From NCBI GenBank assembly GCA_963703315.1, contig OY969811.1, positions 2,080,001-2,144,000 on the forward strand: a stretch of 64,000 nucleotides of DNA, given 5' to 3'. This DNA comes from an uncultured cyanobacterium (GTDB lineage Bacteria; Cyanobacteriota; Cyanobacteriia; Pseudanabaenales; Pseudanabaenaceae). The notes below the pieces were generated by a model. It ran no database searches. It was not told where the DNA came from and saw only the letters and a list, made by a program, of their open reading frames with translations. Shown piece by piece: positions 24,750 to 33,959 of the stretch. Position numbers and translations under genes: made by a program. Every line of letters begins with the position of its first letter. Positions within the stretch are counted from its first letter, which is position 1.

Positions 24750-25705
24750 TAGCTATAGCCAGTCAAGTTAGGACGCAGCAAGGGCAAGAACGGAGTCAAT
24801 AGCATCATGAAGATTAGCTGAATTGCGTAGGAGTTTACGAATACGAGATTTGAGCCAAGCCCAACATTTCTCAATGCGATTAAGGTCTGGAGAATATGGA
24901 GGTAAATAGACGACCTTACATCCTGCTGCTGCTATCAAATCCTGAATGCGTCCACCATGATGGAAAGTAGCATTATCGATAATTACCCATTGCCCAGCCT
25001 TGAGAGTTGGAATCAAGCAAGATTCTAACCAGATTTCAAATACGTTGCGGTTGCAACAGCCTTTAATTGTAAAGGGGGCAATTAGTTGTCCATCTCGATA
25101 TCCCGCAATCATATTAATACGTCCCTGACGACGACCTGCTTTGAGTCCATGAATTCGCTCACCTTTTGCAGACCATCCATATCCATAATTATCACGTTCA
25201 TCCATCCCTGATTCATCAACGTAAACTAAGTGGGATGCTTTTGGATCGCCTAAGGCTGTGCGAAACTCATTACGTTTTTCTTCATCTCGTTCCCGATAAC
25301 CATAAGTTTTTTTTTACGGGTAAATCCTATCTGTTTTAACGCTCGTGATATAGACCTTTGACTGATATTTCCCCATAATTCTGCCATCTCTGCTTGGGTC
25401 TTATCCTCATGCTCTTTGACAAATTCTCGAAACTTTTCCCAGTCGCTAATTTTGGGCTTCTGACTAGACGATGCTCTTGCCTTTACGGTTATATCTCCTG
25501 TTTCTTCCCGTCTCTCAAACCACAAGTTGATTGTGTTTCGACTAATCCCGAACAATTGACTGGCTTCATTTTTCTTCAGTCCATCCATTTCGATTGCTTG
25601 CATTACCTTTTGACGCAAATCGTAACTATATGGTTTTGGCATTGTTGTTGCTCAGATGTCTCAGTTTCTTTCTATTTTATGTCCTAACCTAGCTGGCTAT
25701 AGCTA
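24750..25705 (-). mobile_element. IS630-family insertion sequence (956 bp)
   Basis: ~25-bp imperfect TIRs TAGCTATAGCCAG...GTTAGGAC; TA duplicated at 24748-49 and 25706-07. Confidence 0.93.
24768..25642 (-). CDS. IS630 transposase, two ORFs joined by a probable -1 frameshift
   Basis: ORF1 HTH (MPKPYSYDLR...TRKKK); A9 run at 25307-25315; the -1 frame continues TYGYRERDE...VYVDESG...IDNATFH...LPPYSPDLNRIE (DDE). Confidence 0.88.
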
Positions 25706-25881
25706 TATCGAAAGCGCTGGCGAATTAAATCTAAAGTTTCTTGTTCTAAAGCTGTGAGTTGTGGTAATCCCTCAAACCATTCTGTAAAAAATTGGTTGTC
25801 GGTGGCTCTCTGTAGACCAAGCTTTTGGTGTACATGGTTTAAGGTTTTGATAACCTGTGTGACAGCAGTTTGAGACATTTT

Positions 25882-26175
25882 TTATGCTGATTTGGCTGTT
25901 AGGATAGGTATTTGCTCTGAGTCTGTGATTAACATCTGGGATTGAATCTCAGACACAATTTCGTCAACATCTTCAGGCGACAGTACTTTGCCAGTTTTGC
26001 TATTCAAAATTTCCTTTAACTGGTCATAGCTGATGCTATTCATTGTCTGACAGAAGTAATTGCCGAGGTTTACACCATGGTCAACGCCAGCGATAACATC
26101 ACAGCCACACTCCTCTTCGATTTGGTTCATTCTCCGCAATTCTTCATCGTCAATATCAAAAATATCCAGTGTCAT
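25882..26175 (-). CDS. Small acidic hypothetical protein (97 aa)
   Basis: ATG overlaps the GNAT stop as ATGA (26172-26175); MTLDIFDIDDEELRRMNQIEEECGCDVIAG... Confidence 0.7.
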   Translation of the reverse strand: MTLDIFDIDDEELRRMNQIEEECGCDVIAGVDHGVNLGNYFCQTMNSISYDQLKEILNSKTGKVLSPEDVDEIVSEIQSQMLITDSEQIPILTAKSA

Positions 26176-26723
26176 TGTCTCTCTCCACTTTTGTACCACT
26201 CAAAATAGGTCAAGTTGTCTTTGTCTGGGTCTTTGCCGCAGTTGTTCATGTTTAGTTTTTCGTAAAAGCTTTCGGCTCTTGGTAACGAGTGTAACCCAAC
26301 CAATCCTCTGTACCCTAGTTGCTGACTCCTGAATTTTGCAAACCTTAATAAGTTAGAACCAATCCACTGAAACATAGGATCTGGCTGAAAGCTGAAGCGA
26401 TTCCAAGGTGCTGTCTCAAGAGTTGCTACATAAACTAATCTAACCTCTGGAGAGAACCACGATCTATGATTTTCTGTTTCGATCAGCATCATTCCTTGGG
26501 TTATTTTTTCGTATTCTATGGCATAGGCTTCGTAATTACCCCTTGAGAGGTATGTTCGGCTTTTGTATTGCCAGTCCCAGTATTCGTCTCCTTGATTCTT
26601 GGACAATATCCTTGGTTTCCAGAATGTCTCAAAATCGTCTACGTTCTTTTGGCTAATTCTTGTTAATGTCGCAGGAACTTCTTGACGATCGCTTAATCGC
26701 AGGATTCTTATATTTTCAGACAT
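26172..26723 (-). CDS. GNAT family N-acetyltransferase
   Basis: VYVATLETAPWNR...QWIGSNLL...GLHSLPRAESFYEKLNM (motif A/B-like). Confidence 0.8.
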   Translation of the reverse strand: MSENIRILRLSDRQEVPATLTRISQKNVDDFETFWKPRILSKNQGDEYWDWQYKSRTYLSRGNYEAYAIEYEKITQGMMLIETENHRSWFSPEVRLVYVATLETAPWNRFSFQPDPMFQWIGSNLLRFAKFRSQQLGYRGLVGLHSLPRAESFYEKLNMNNCGKDPDKDNLTYFEWYKSGERQ

Positions 26724-26725
26724 CT

Positions 26726-27070
26726 CTAACGACCTGTATTTTCTGCGATCGCCGACAACCTATCACTTACAGCTCTATCGATTAAGGCAATTTGTTTGAG
26801 AGAAAGTTGTTTAATTTGCCGAGTCATCATGACGATCACATCAGCTTCAGGTAAATCTCCACCTTCGATAAAATCGATAACTTGCTGCAATGTATAACCA
26901 GCCCTAGTCGCAATACTTGATAAGTGCTTTGTTTCTGGAATGCTGACCCCATTTTCCCAATGCTGTACTGCTGTAGCAGATACTCCTAACTCCATACCAA
27001 AAGCTCTCTGACTCATATCACCACGAGCCAATTTAACGATATTAGAAACTCTTTCGCCGCGATCGCGCAT
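26726..27070 (-). CDS. XRE-family HTH regulator
   Basis: MSQRAFGMELGVSATAVQHWENGVSIP; ATG at 27070 preferred over the longer TTG ORF. Confidence 0.85.
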   Translation of the reverse strand: MRDRGERVSNIVKLARGDMSQRAFGMELGVSATAVQHWENGVSIPETKHLSSIATRAGYTLQQVIDFIEGGDLPEADVIVMMTRQIKQLSLKQIALIDRAVSDRLSAIAENTGR

Positions 27071-27115
27071 AAGTACACCTTGCAAGCAAACTTGTGTAAT
27101 GTTGCAATAGTCTAC

Positions 27116-27173
27116 ATTTGCAAAAGTATAATTGTCAATAATTACAATATTAGACAATTATACTTTTACAAAT
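27116..27173. promoter_or_regulatory. 21-bp inverted repeat upstream of the XRE gene, each arm containing TATAAT
   Basis: ATTTGCAAAAGTATAATTGTC ... GACAATTATACTTTTACAAAT (1 mismatch). Confidence 0.55.
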
Positions 27174-27181
27174 ATAATTTG

Positions 27182-27288
27182 TTATTTCATCCACTCGGTG
27201 TGGAAAAATTCGCCTCTGGGCTTGTCGGTGCGCTCATAGGTGTGAGCGCCGAAGTAATCGCGCTGAGCCTGTGTCAAGTTTTGAGGCA
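27182..27288 (-). repeat. Duplicated 3' end of gnd (107 bp, direct repeat of 29182-29288)
   Basis: Two mismatches (27185, 27196); encodes [34 protein letters not shown]. Confidence 0.95.
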
Positions 27289-27326
27289 GGGATACTATCG
27301 CGGGAAGATCTCAAACTAGAGAACCA

Positions 27327-28988
27327 CTACTTCTTATCATTTAGCGTAGTTACTTCATCGATTGTGCCGTTGCTGCCTTTGTCGAGTTCTAACGTCAACT
27401 TGGCTCCATTACCAGTCCACTTTGCGTAGTCAAGATAAAGTGTATCGCCCGAAGCTAAAGTTAAGTCTTCACCTTCAAAGCTTTGCTCTCGCTGGTCATC
27501 AATGCGCGAAAGAATCAGATTAAAAATTGCTTCTTGTTTTGTATCAGCAATTTTGATACCGAGGCGACCTTTCTCTGTGTCCAGATTGGCGCTTATAGTA
27601 CCACCTGCATCAATATCCACACTGTCTAGCTCAAACTCGTAGTCATCTTTGTCGGTAGCAATCCCAAAAAAGATGTTAGGCGCTTCGGAGTTGCTGGGCT
27701 TGTAAGATAAGCTGCGACCATTGGCACTGAATTGAATAGAGTCTTTCTGCTGAGGCAATACCTTGATTCCCGATAGTCCGAGATCGTAACTAGGTCCAAT
27801 CATCATTATATCCGTCAGTTTGTTGCTCTTCGTTTTGCTATTGCCTTGTAGAGTCATAGTGAAAGGAATACCAGTAGGAATATTGTAGATTGGGTCCCCC
27901 TGATTTTTGAGATCAGCATTCTTGAGGCGAATAAAGGAAGCTCCAGGAAAAGCATTTATAAACTTACCGTTTTCATAGCCAATCTTGTTACTACCGTTGG
28001 CGATCAGTAGAGTGGATTCGCCCTCTAAAAAAATCTGGTTAAATTTATCTGCGGTGATTGCCTTCTCTTTAGCAATAATTTCTCCAGAGCTATTGCTTGC
28101 AGCGTCCGTGCTATCACAGAAATTACACTGTTGTTGCTTTAAACGAGGTGGAGTTGGGGTGAGTGTGAGTGACTTTGATTGTGCATCACCTTCATAGGGA
28201 GCCTCAGCTACATCAGGATTGGTAGAACCTGTATATTTCCATGTATTAGCTTTGAGATCAACTTCAACACGGCGCTCAGTTTTGGGATAGTTGTTGTCGT
28301 AGGAAAGCACCGCTACTTTACCATCACCCAAATCTTCGATCGCATAGGGTGTAATGGCATGACCACCCTTGCCATCTTTTTGGGTAATTCCGACAGTATA
28401 AGTGTTGGTGGCATTGGGTTTTAAGCTATTTTCTAGCAAATCTACGATCTCCTCTGGAGTCTTTTTAATCTCTGCATTAGAAGTTGGTGAGACAACTTGA
28501 GTTGCCCACCAGTAGGCAATTTCGCGCTGAAGTTTCTCGTTGCCTTCTAGCACTAAGTCGGCTGTAGCTTTATTACCAAATTCCTCAGCTTTTGCTTTGT
28601 CAGTGTAGAGTAATAGGCTTAGCACAGCCATGCCTTCGCAATGGCCGCCGTTCATTTCTTTATTAGTCGATTCCATCCATTTTTCAGCAGGTGGAGTCAA
28701 CACACATTCAGCCCCTTCCGTAGCGCAAACCTTCTCACCAAACATCTTTCGCATATCAGATGGGGTGAGATTAGTGATGCTGCTTTTATTGATATAGTTC
28801 TCAAAACTAAAACTATCAGTTTCGGGACGAAATCCCAGATCTGCGATTATGGCTTTGTTTTTGCCGACATCTGAGGCGATCGCCGTTTTAGCACTTTCCA
28901 TGGCTTCATGGGGCTGAGCATTCAATAGAATGGTGATGGCACTGAGCGTGGCGATCACTAAAAACCAAAACGATCGAATACGAATCAT
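27327..28988 (-). CDS. Secreted hypothetical protein with putative papain-like Cys-His-Asp domain
   Basis: Signal peptide; GGHCEGMA, GGHAITPY, SYDNNYP; beta-rich C-terminal half. Confidence 0.75.
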   Translation of the reverse strand: MIRIRSFWFLVIATLSAITILLNAQPHEAMESAKTAIASDVGKNKAIIADLGFRPETDSFSFENYINKSSITNLTPSDMRKMFGEKVCATEGAECVLTPPAEKWMESTNKEMNGGHCEGMAVLSLLLYTDKAKAEEFGNKATADLVLEGNEKLQREIAYWWATQVVSPTSNAEIKKTPEEIVDLLENSLKPNATNTYTVGITQKDGKGGHAITPYAIEDLGDGKVAVLSYDNNYPKTERRVEVDLKANTWKYTGSTNPDVAEAPYEGDAQSKSLTLTPTPPRLKQQQCNFCDSTDAASNSSGEIIAKEKAITADKFNQIFLEGESTLLIANGSNKIGYENGKFINAFPGASFIRLKNADLKNQGDPIYNIPTGIPFTMTLQGNSKTKSNKLTDIMMIGPSYDLGLSGIKVLPQQKDSIQFSANGRSLSYKPSNSEAPNIFFGIATDKDDYEFELDSVDIDAGGTISANLDTEKGRLGIKIADTKQEAIFNLILSRIDDQREQSFEGEDLTLASGDTLYLDYAKWTGNGAKLTLELDKGSNGTIDEVTTLNDKK

Positions 28989-29181
28989 AAACTAACTCCG
29001 TCGCTAGGAAAAACCTGCGCTTAATTACAACAAATTGTGTCAGCGAAAAGCGCTATAGGTTGTTTCTGCCCTGAATAACTTATATAACCTAAGTTGCTAC
29101 CCATCTAAATATAAAAATAAAAGGCTCGCTTTGCGAGCCTTTTATTTTGTCAAATATCAAAGGCGATCGCCCCTTTTATTT

Positions 29182-30606
29182 TTACTTCATCCACTCAGTG
29201 TGGAAAAATTCGCCTCTGGGCTTGTCGGTGCGCTCATAGGTGTGAGCGCCGAAGTAATCGCGCTGAGCCTGTGTCAAGTTTTGAGGCAAGCGATCGCGTC
29301 TGTAACTATCGAAATAATCGAGAGACGCACTAAACGCAGGGATCGGAATACCCAACTGTGCCGCCGCTACAACCACCTTGCGCCATGCTGCTTCTTTGGT
29401 CAGAATCGTTTGCTTGAAATCTTCATCCACCAACAGGTTAGGCAATTGAGGGTTGCGCTGAAAAGCCAGCTTGATCTTGTCAAGGAATGCTGCACGGATG
29501 ATGCAACCACCTTTCCAGATACGGGCAATTTCACCCAGATTTAAGTCATAGCCAAAGTCACGGGAAGCCGCACTAAGTAATGCCATACCTTGAGCGTATG
29601 AACAAATCTTAGAACAGTACAGCGCGTCACGAACCGCATCAATAAACTCTTGGCGATCGCCTTCATACTTACCAGAAGTCGAACTGACAAGAACCTTCGA
29701 GGCGGCCACCCGCTCTTCTTTGTAAGAAGAAATTACACGAGCCGTCACCGCCGCGATCATCGTTGGGATCGGTACTCCCAAATCAAACGCACTTTGCACT
29801 GTCCATTTACCAGTACCCTTTTGACCTGCCGCATCAAGAATTTTGTTGACCAGTGCATCCCCTGTCAGGTCATCGGTTTTGGTAAAAATATCCGCCGTAA
29901 TATCGATTAGATAGGAATCAAGCTCAGAACTGCGCCATGCAGTGAAGGTGTCATGCAACTCACTCGCCGTTAAACCCAAGCCAGAACTTAACAAATCGTA
30001 AGCCTCTGCAATCAACTGCATATCGCCATACTCAATGCCGTTATGCACCATTTTCACATAATGCCCCGCACTGCCCTTGCCGATATAGGTTACACAAGCG
30101 CCATCATCGACTTGAGCCGCGATCTTAGTCACGATTGGCTCGATCTCCGCGTAAGCAGACTTCTGACCACCAGGCATCATACTTGGTCCATTAAGTGCGC
30201 CCTCTTCACCGCCACTCACGCCCATACCGATGAATTTGAGATTAATTTTCTCTAGCTCGATGGTGCGGCGATCGGTGTCGTTATACAAAGAGTTACCACC
30301 GTCAATAATGATGTCGCCTTCTTCCAAAAATGGAATTAGTTCTTGGATTACGGCATCCACAGGCGCTCCAGCCTTGACCATAATCATCATTTTGCGTGGA
30401 CGCTCTAAAGATGCGACAAAATCAGCGATCGTAAATGTGCCTTTAAAATTCTTTCCAGCCGCACGGGTAGCAAGAAACTTGTCGGTTTTGTCGCGACTGC
30501 GGTTGTAAACGCTCATTGAAAAACCATTGCGCTCAATGTTTAGAGCAAGGTTTTCACCCATCACCGCCAAACCAATCAATCCAAAATTTTGCTTGTCAGA
30601 TGCCAT
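29182..30606 (-). CDS. gnd: 6-phosphogluconate dehydrogenase (decarboxylating)
   Basis: [46 protein letters not shown] at 30606 preferred. Confidence 0.98.
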   Translation of the reverse strand: MASDKQNFGLIGLAVMGENLALNIERNGFSMSVYNRSRDKTDKFLATRAAGKNFKGTFTIADFVASLERPRKMMIMVKAGAPVDAVIQELIPFLEEGDIIIDGGNSLYNDTDRRTIELEKINLKFIGMGVSGGEEGALNGPSMMPGGQKSAYAEIEPIVTKIAAQVDDGACVTYIGKGSAGHYVKMVHNGIEYGDMQLIAEAYDLLSSGLGLTASELHDTFTAWRSSELDSYLIDITADIFTKTDDLTGDALVNKILDAAGQKGTGKWTVQSAFDLGVPIPTMIAAVTARVISSYKEERVAASKVLVSSTSGKYEGDRQEFIDAVRDALYCSKICSYAQGMALLSAASRDFGYDLNLGEIARIWKGGCIIRAAFLDKIKLAFQRNPQLPNLLVDEDFKQTILTKEAAWRKVVVAAAQLGIPIPAFSASLDYFDSYRRDRLPQNLTQAQRDYFGAHTYERTDKPRGEFFHTEWMK

Positions 30607-30796
30607 AAAATCCTCTCCATCCATTGAAACATCGGCAGATATCATCTACCTATAGTCGATAAGTCTCAGGATCAATTTTCCTGAACTTGAGGACAAAAGT
30701 ATCGTAAGGGCTGATTTAGCGGGGATCGCAAATCCTTTGTAAATCCTTAATACCATTAGCTGAAAAAATGCAGATTCTCAAACTATATTTCAGCTA

Positions 30797-30945
30797 CAGC
30801 GCCTTGCGCTAAATTAAAACCCAAAGAAATCTTTGAAAGCGCGGCAGAGCCGCGCTTTCAAAGATTTCTTCGTAAGGCTTGTGCCGCCCGCATAGTGGGC
30901 GGCACAAGCTCTGATTTTGGGTTTTAACTTGCTGAGCTACTTACT
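30797..30945. repeat. Fused MITE remnants with two hairpins
   Basis: TTTGAAAGCGCGGC-AGA-GCCGCGCTTTCAAA followed by the GCTTGTGCCGCCC hairpin and a GAGCTACTTA end. Confidence 0.55.
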
Positions 30946-31332
30946 TCAAACCTCAACAGCCTGTAATGCGGAAATTCTGTGAAGGATTTACAAGGCTGAC
31001 ATGGAAAGGTGTATGCTTATTTGAGTTAAAATACACAAATTGGTAGCTAAGCTAAAATCGAACTTATGCAATAGTGCTAACTAGACTAAAGCCATAGAGC
31101 CAATTAGCAAGGGGATAAGTTAGACTACCTAAATATTTTATTTTTTGCGGAACTTTAGTTTAGGTAGGTTTTAAGTATGTTTTTGTCTCAGGTGACACTG
31201 GGGTATTTATCAACCAAGTTCCTTTTTGTACAGTTTGTATAAAATAGATTGAATGTTGATTGACATAGTTTTCTAGCAGTTGCCCAGTAAGGTCGAGTCC
31301 GCATTAGACACCTTAGTTTTCTGGAGGTTCAG

Positions 31333-32424
31333 ATGAGTAAAATCAATAAGCCAAGCCAATCCGATGACGCGAATAGTAAAAACTTACCGAAATCTGTTAC
31401 ACCTAAACCTCCAATTAAAGATTTGCCTAAATTAGAAGTTGTCAAAGTTATTGCTCCGAAGTCTCCAGAGTCTCAGCAGACTGAAGATCAAGACATATCA
31501 AAGCAGCCAGTTAGCTCTGTTCCCGCTATTCCTAAGGTTATTCCTGCCTCTGCAAGGGTTAAGCCATCAACCGTGAACCGTTCTGAGGATGCTCCACAAA
31601 GTTCTCCAGAACCTAAAGTCTGTTTACAGCCGATTCCCGAAGCAACAGAGCCATTTCAATACAGAGCGATCGGGGTGATTTATGGGCGCTATGTTGCCAA
31701 TGAAGATAACTTTGCTAAAGGTCATATCCTCACGCCTGACGGATCTCAGGTTGATGCTGTATTACTTGGCAAAATTATTTCGATTGTCAAGAAACGCTTA
31801 CAAAGCGATCGCGAATATTTGTGGGTAGCCTATCCGCGCACCAATGACAAGGCTGGCAAGCTCCACGTACAAATATCGGGCGTGTGGGCTCCTGTTGAGC
31901 TTGGCAGATCAGATGTACCAATTGATCCTAATGTTCAGGATGGTTATTTCTCTGTACGCGGCGAGATATCCAGTCAGTCGATTGAGGAAAACTCGGTCAT
32001 TGTCAAAGTGCGTCGGACTGAGCAGAAGTTTGACAAGGAAAAAGACAAGGTTACGAAGGAATACAGCAAATTTAAAGTTCGTCTGACGGGTTTGCTGCCA
32101 ACTGATGCAGTTGGACAATTCTGGAGTGTTAATGTTCAGCGTCAAGGAGATGTTTTGACGATCATTGACGGTGAATTTATTGGCATCGTGCCTTATAAGG
32201 GTAAGCGCCGACCACAGTCTAAGGGTGGTCGTCCTAGCGGTGGTGGTAAGTTTGCTCCACGGAAATATGGTGTCGATCGCCCCTATAGCGATCGACCATT
32301 CAAGCCATCGTACTCAAATGATGGTGGTGATGGTTCTATTTATCCACCACGTCCAAGATTTTCTGAAGATCGTCCACCTGTTCCTAAACCATTAATTAAG
32401 CGCAAAGATCCTACTGATAGCTAA
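31333..32424 (+). CDS. Hypothetical protein, probably a conserved cyanobacterial family
   Basis: Pro/Lys-rich termini around a core QYRAIGVIYGRY...LWVAYPRT...FSVRGE; GGAGG RBS. Confidence 0.82.
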   Translation: MSKINKPSQSDDANSKNLPKSVTPKPPIKDLPKLEVVKVIAPKSPESQQTEDQDISKQPVSSVPAIPKVIPASARVKPSTVNRSEDAPQSSPEPKVCLQPIPEATEPFQYRAIGVIYGRYVANEDNFAKGHILTPDGSQVDAVLLGKIISIVKKRLQSDREYLWVAYPRTNDKAGKLHVQISGVWAPVELGRSDVPIDPNVQDGYFSVRGEISSQSIEENSVIVKVRRTEQKFDKEKDKVTKEYSKFKVRLTGLLPTDAVGQFWSVNVQRQGDVLTIIDGEFIGIVPYKGKRRPQSKGGRPSGGGKFAPRKYGVDRPYSDRPFKPSYSNDGGDGSIYPPRPRFSEDRPPVPKPLIKRKDPTDS

Positions 32425-32472
32425 AAAAATAAGCTCTCGCATTGCGAGAGCTTATTTTTTTAAGAGAGGCTC

Positions 32473-32982
32473 TTAAGGTTGTAATACCATGCTCCATTCT
32501 TTGTTTTGGCTATCCCAAAAGGGAGCATCAGTTTCACCGACAATATTGGGTCCCCAATAGGTGCGGGAGCCATCAGTGGCAAAGGCAAAAATCACATCAC
32601 CTTTACCGATCGCGATTTTATAATTTGGCAAAGATAGTAACAAGCCCTCTTTACCACCTTCATTGGGCGCAAAGTCCCAATTTAGAGGCTCGATCGCTTG
32701 CCATTCATTTTGGGACGTAACTCGTGAAAATAGGACAATCCGCACGGAGCGATCGGTACGATTACCAACACGTAGACTGCCAATACTTTCACCATCATTG
32801 AGACTGGGGCGTGTAAAAGTAGCAGGTAAGGGCGGCACGATTACCTTAGCTGTTTCCACATTTTCGGGAAGATCACGGGGGGGATGCGGAGTCAAACGTT
32901 GCCATAGAGAAACGCCTGTCAAGGCGACTAGCATTCCCAGACACATCGAATAAGCATATTTGACATCAAGAGTCGGTATCAC
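32473..32982 (-). CDS. Hypothetical membrane-anchored protein
   Basis: N-terminal TM segment; WDFAPNEGG, YWGPNIVG; start uncertain. Confidence 0.72.
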   Translation of the reverse strand: MIPTLDVKYAYSMCLGMLVALTGVSLWQRLTPHPPRDLPENVETAKVIVPPLPATFTRPSLNDGESIGSLRVGNRTDRSVRIVLFSRVTSQNEWQAIEPLNWDFAPNEGGKEGLLLSLPNYKIAIGKGDVIFAFATDGSRTYWGPNIVGETDAPFWDSQNKEWSMVLQP

Positions 32983-33158
32983 AGCTTAGTTTTTGATGTT
33001 GATATTTTTATTTTATGCTCTCTGATTTAAAAATCAAAAATTACACCCTAATTTTTTAGGATTGTCAGATGGTTATTGCAAGCATTCGCCTAATGATTGC
33101 AATAACCTTTAAATTGTTGCCATAACTAACAAATTTTTTCTCAAACTCTCTTGGCTTA

Positions 33159-33827
33159 TTAACCTTTCTCGCGAGCGATCGCTACGCCATGAGATGTTCC
33201 CAAGCGAGTTGCTCCTGCATTAATTAAGGCGATCGCTTGCTCTCTCGTCCGAATGCCCCCTGAAGCCTTAACTCCCACCTTGCCTCGTGATACCTCTTTG
33301 AGAAATTTCACCATTTCTACCGTTGCGCCCCCTGCCCAGCCTGTACCCGTTTTTAAAAAGGCAACGCCTGCATCGAGACAGATTTCTGCTGCTAGTTCTT
33401 GTTCATCGGGAGTGAGTAAGCTCAGTTCTAAAATGGCTTTTACGGGCTTCCCTGATTCCTCACAGATTTGAGCAATATCTTGATGCAATAAATTCGTTTG
33501 TCCAGATTTGAGCCAACCAAAATTGATGACGACATCTAATTCCGTTGCCCCATTTTCCACTGCTTCCATTGCTTCATAAAGCTTAACGTTTGAAGTGGTT
33601 GCCCCACTAGGAAAACCAATCACCGTACAAATTTCTACCTTAGTCTTGAGGAGTCGTTCCGTTACGCGCTTGACGTTGCAAGGATAAACACAGACACTAG
33701 CAAACCCAAAGCGATCGGCTTCTTCACAAACACGATCTACCTGTTCATCGCTAGCAGCAGGATCTAACAATGCGTAATCAATATATGGGACGGGATCGAT
33801 ATCATTTTGAAGCATAAAACTATACAC
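33159..33827 (-). CDS. deoC: Deoxyribose-phosphate aldolase
   Basis: [42 protein letters not shown]. Confidence 0.95.
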   Translation of the reverse strand: MYSFMLQNDIDPVPYIDYALLDPAASDEQVDRVCEEADRFGFASVCVYPCNVKRVTERLLKTKVEICTVIGFPSGATTSNVKLYEAMEAVENGATELDVVINFGWLKSGQTNLLHQDIAQICEESGKPVKAILELSLLTPDEQELAAEICLDAGVAFLKTGTGWAGGATVEMVKFLKEVSRGKVGVKASGGIRTREQAIALINAGATRLGTSHGVAIAREKG

Positions 33828-33959
33828 ACTTAGGCAAGCAAGAGGTTACATTGGTGATTAGTGCCTATAACTTCTTATAATTACTTATTCAGAGTCATTT
33901 CTCTCGACATATTCTCGACATATCAAATCTAAGTAAATATTAACAAATATTAAGTAAGT

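Larger units (their letters stand above)
24279..25878 (-). pseudogene. Type I restriction enzyme R N-terminal-like PD-(D/E)xK nuclease gene interrupted by IS630
   Basis: Removing the IS and one TA restores one frame ...LIRQRFRY|HREEGQVTEGAVNEIVVSRLMELAGFY...RGRIDFLVV...IIESK...QTLAY...VTNG. Confidence 0.85.

Noticed and set aside
27080..27319. Two + strand ORFs (27080-27319 and 29131-29544) sharing the peptide [16 protein letters not shown]
   Set aside because: Antisense translation of the duplicated gnd tail, not paralogous genes.
27182..29288. Diversity-generating retroelement TR/VR pair, or prophage attL/attR
   Set aside because: Only 2-3 mismatches, not adenine-specific on one strand; no reverse transcriptase, integrase or phage genes in the window.
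30737..30993. 12-bp inverted pair TTGTAAATCCTT / AAGGATTTACAA around MITE remnants
   Set aside because: Short, no target duplication, and no second copy in the window.
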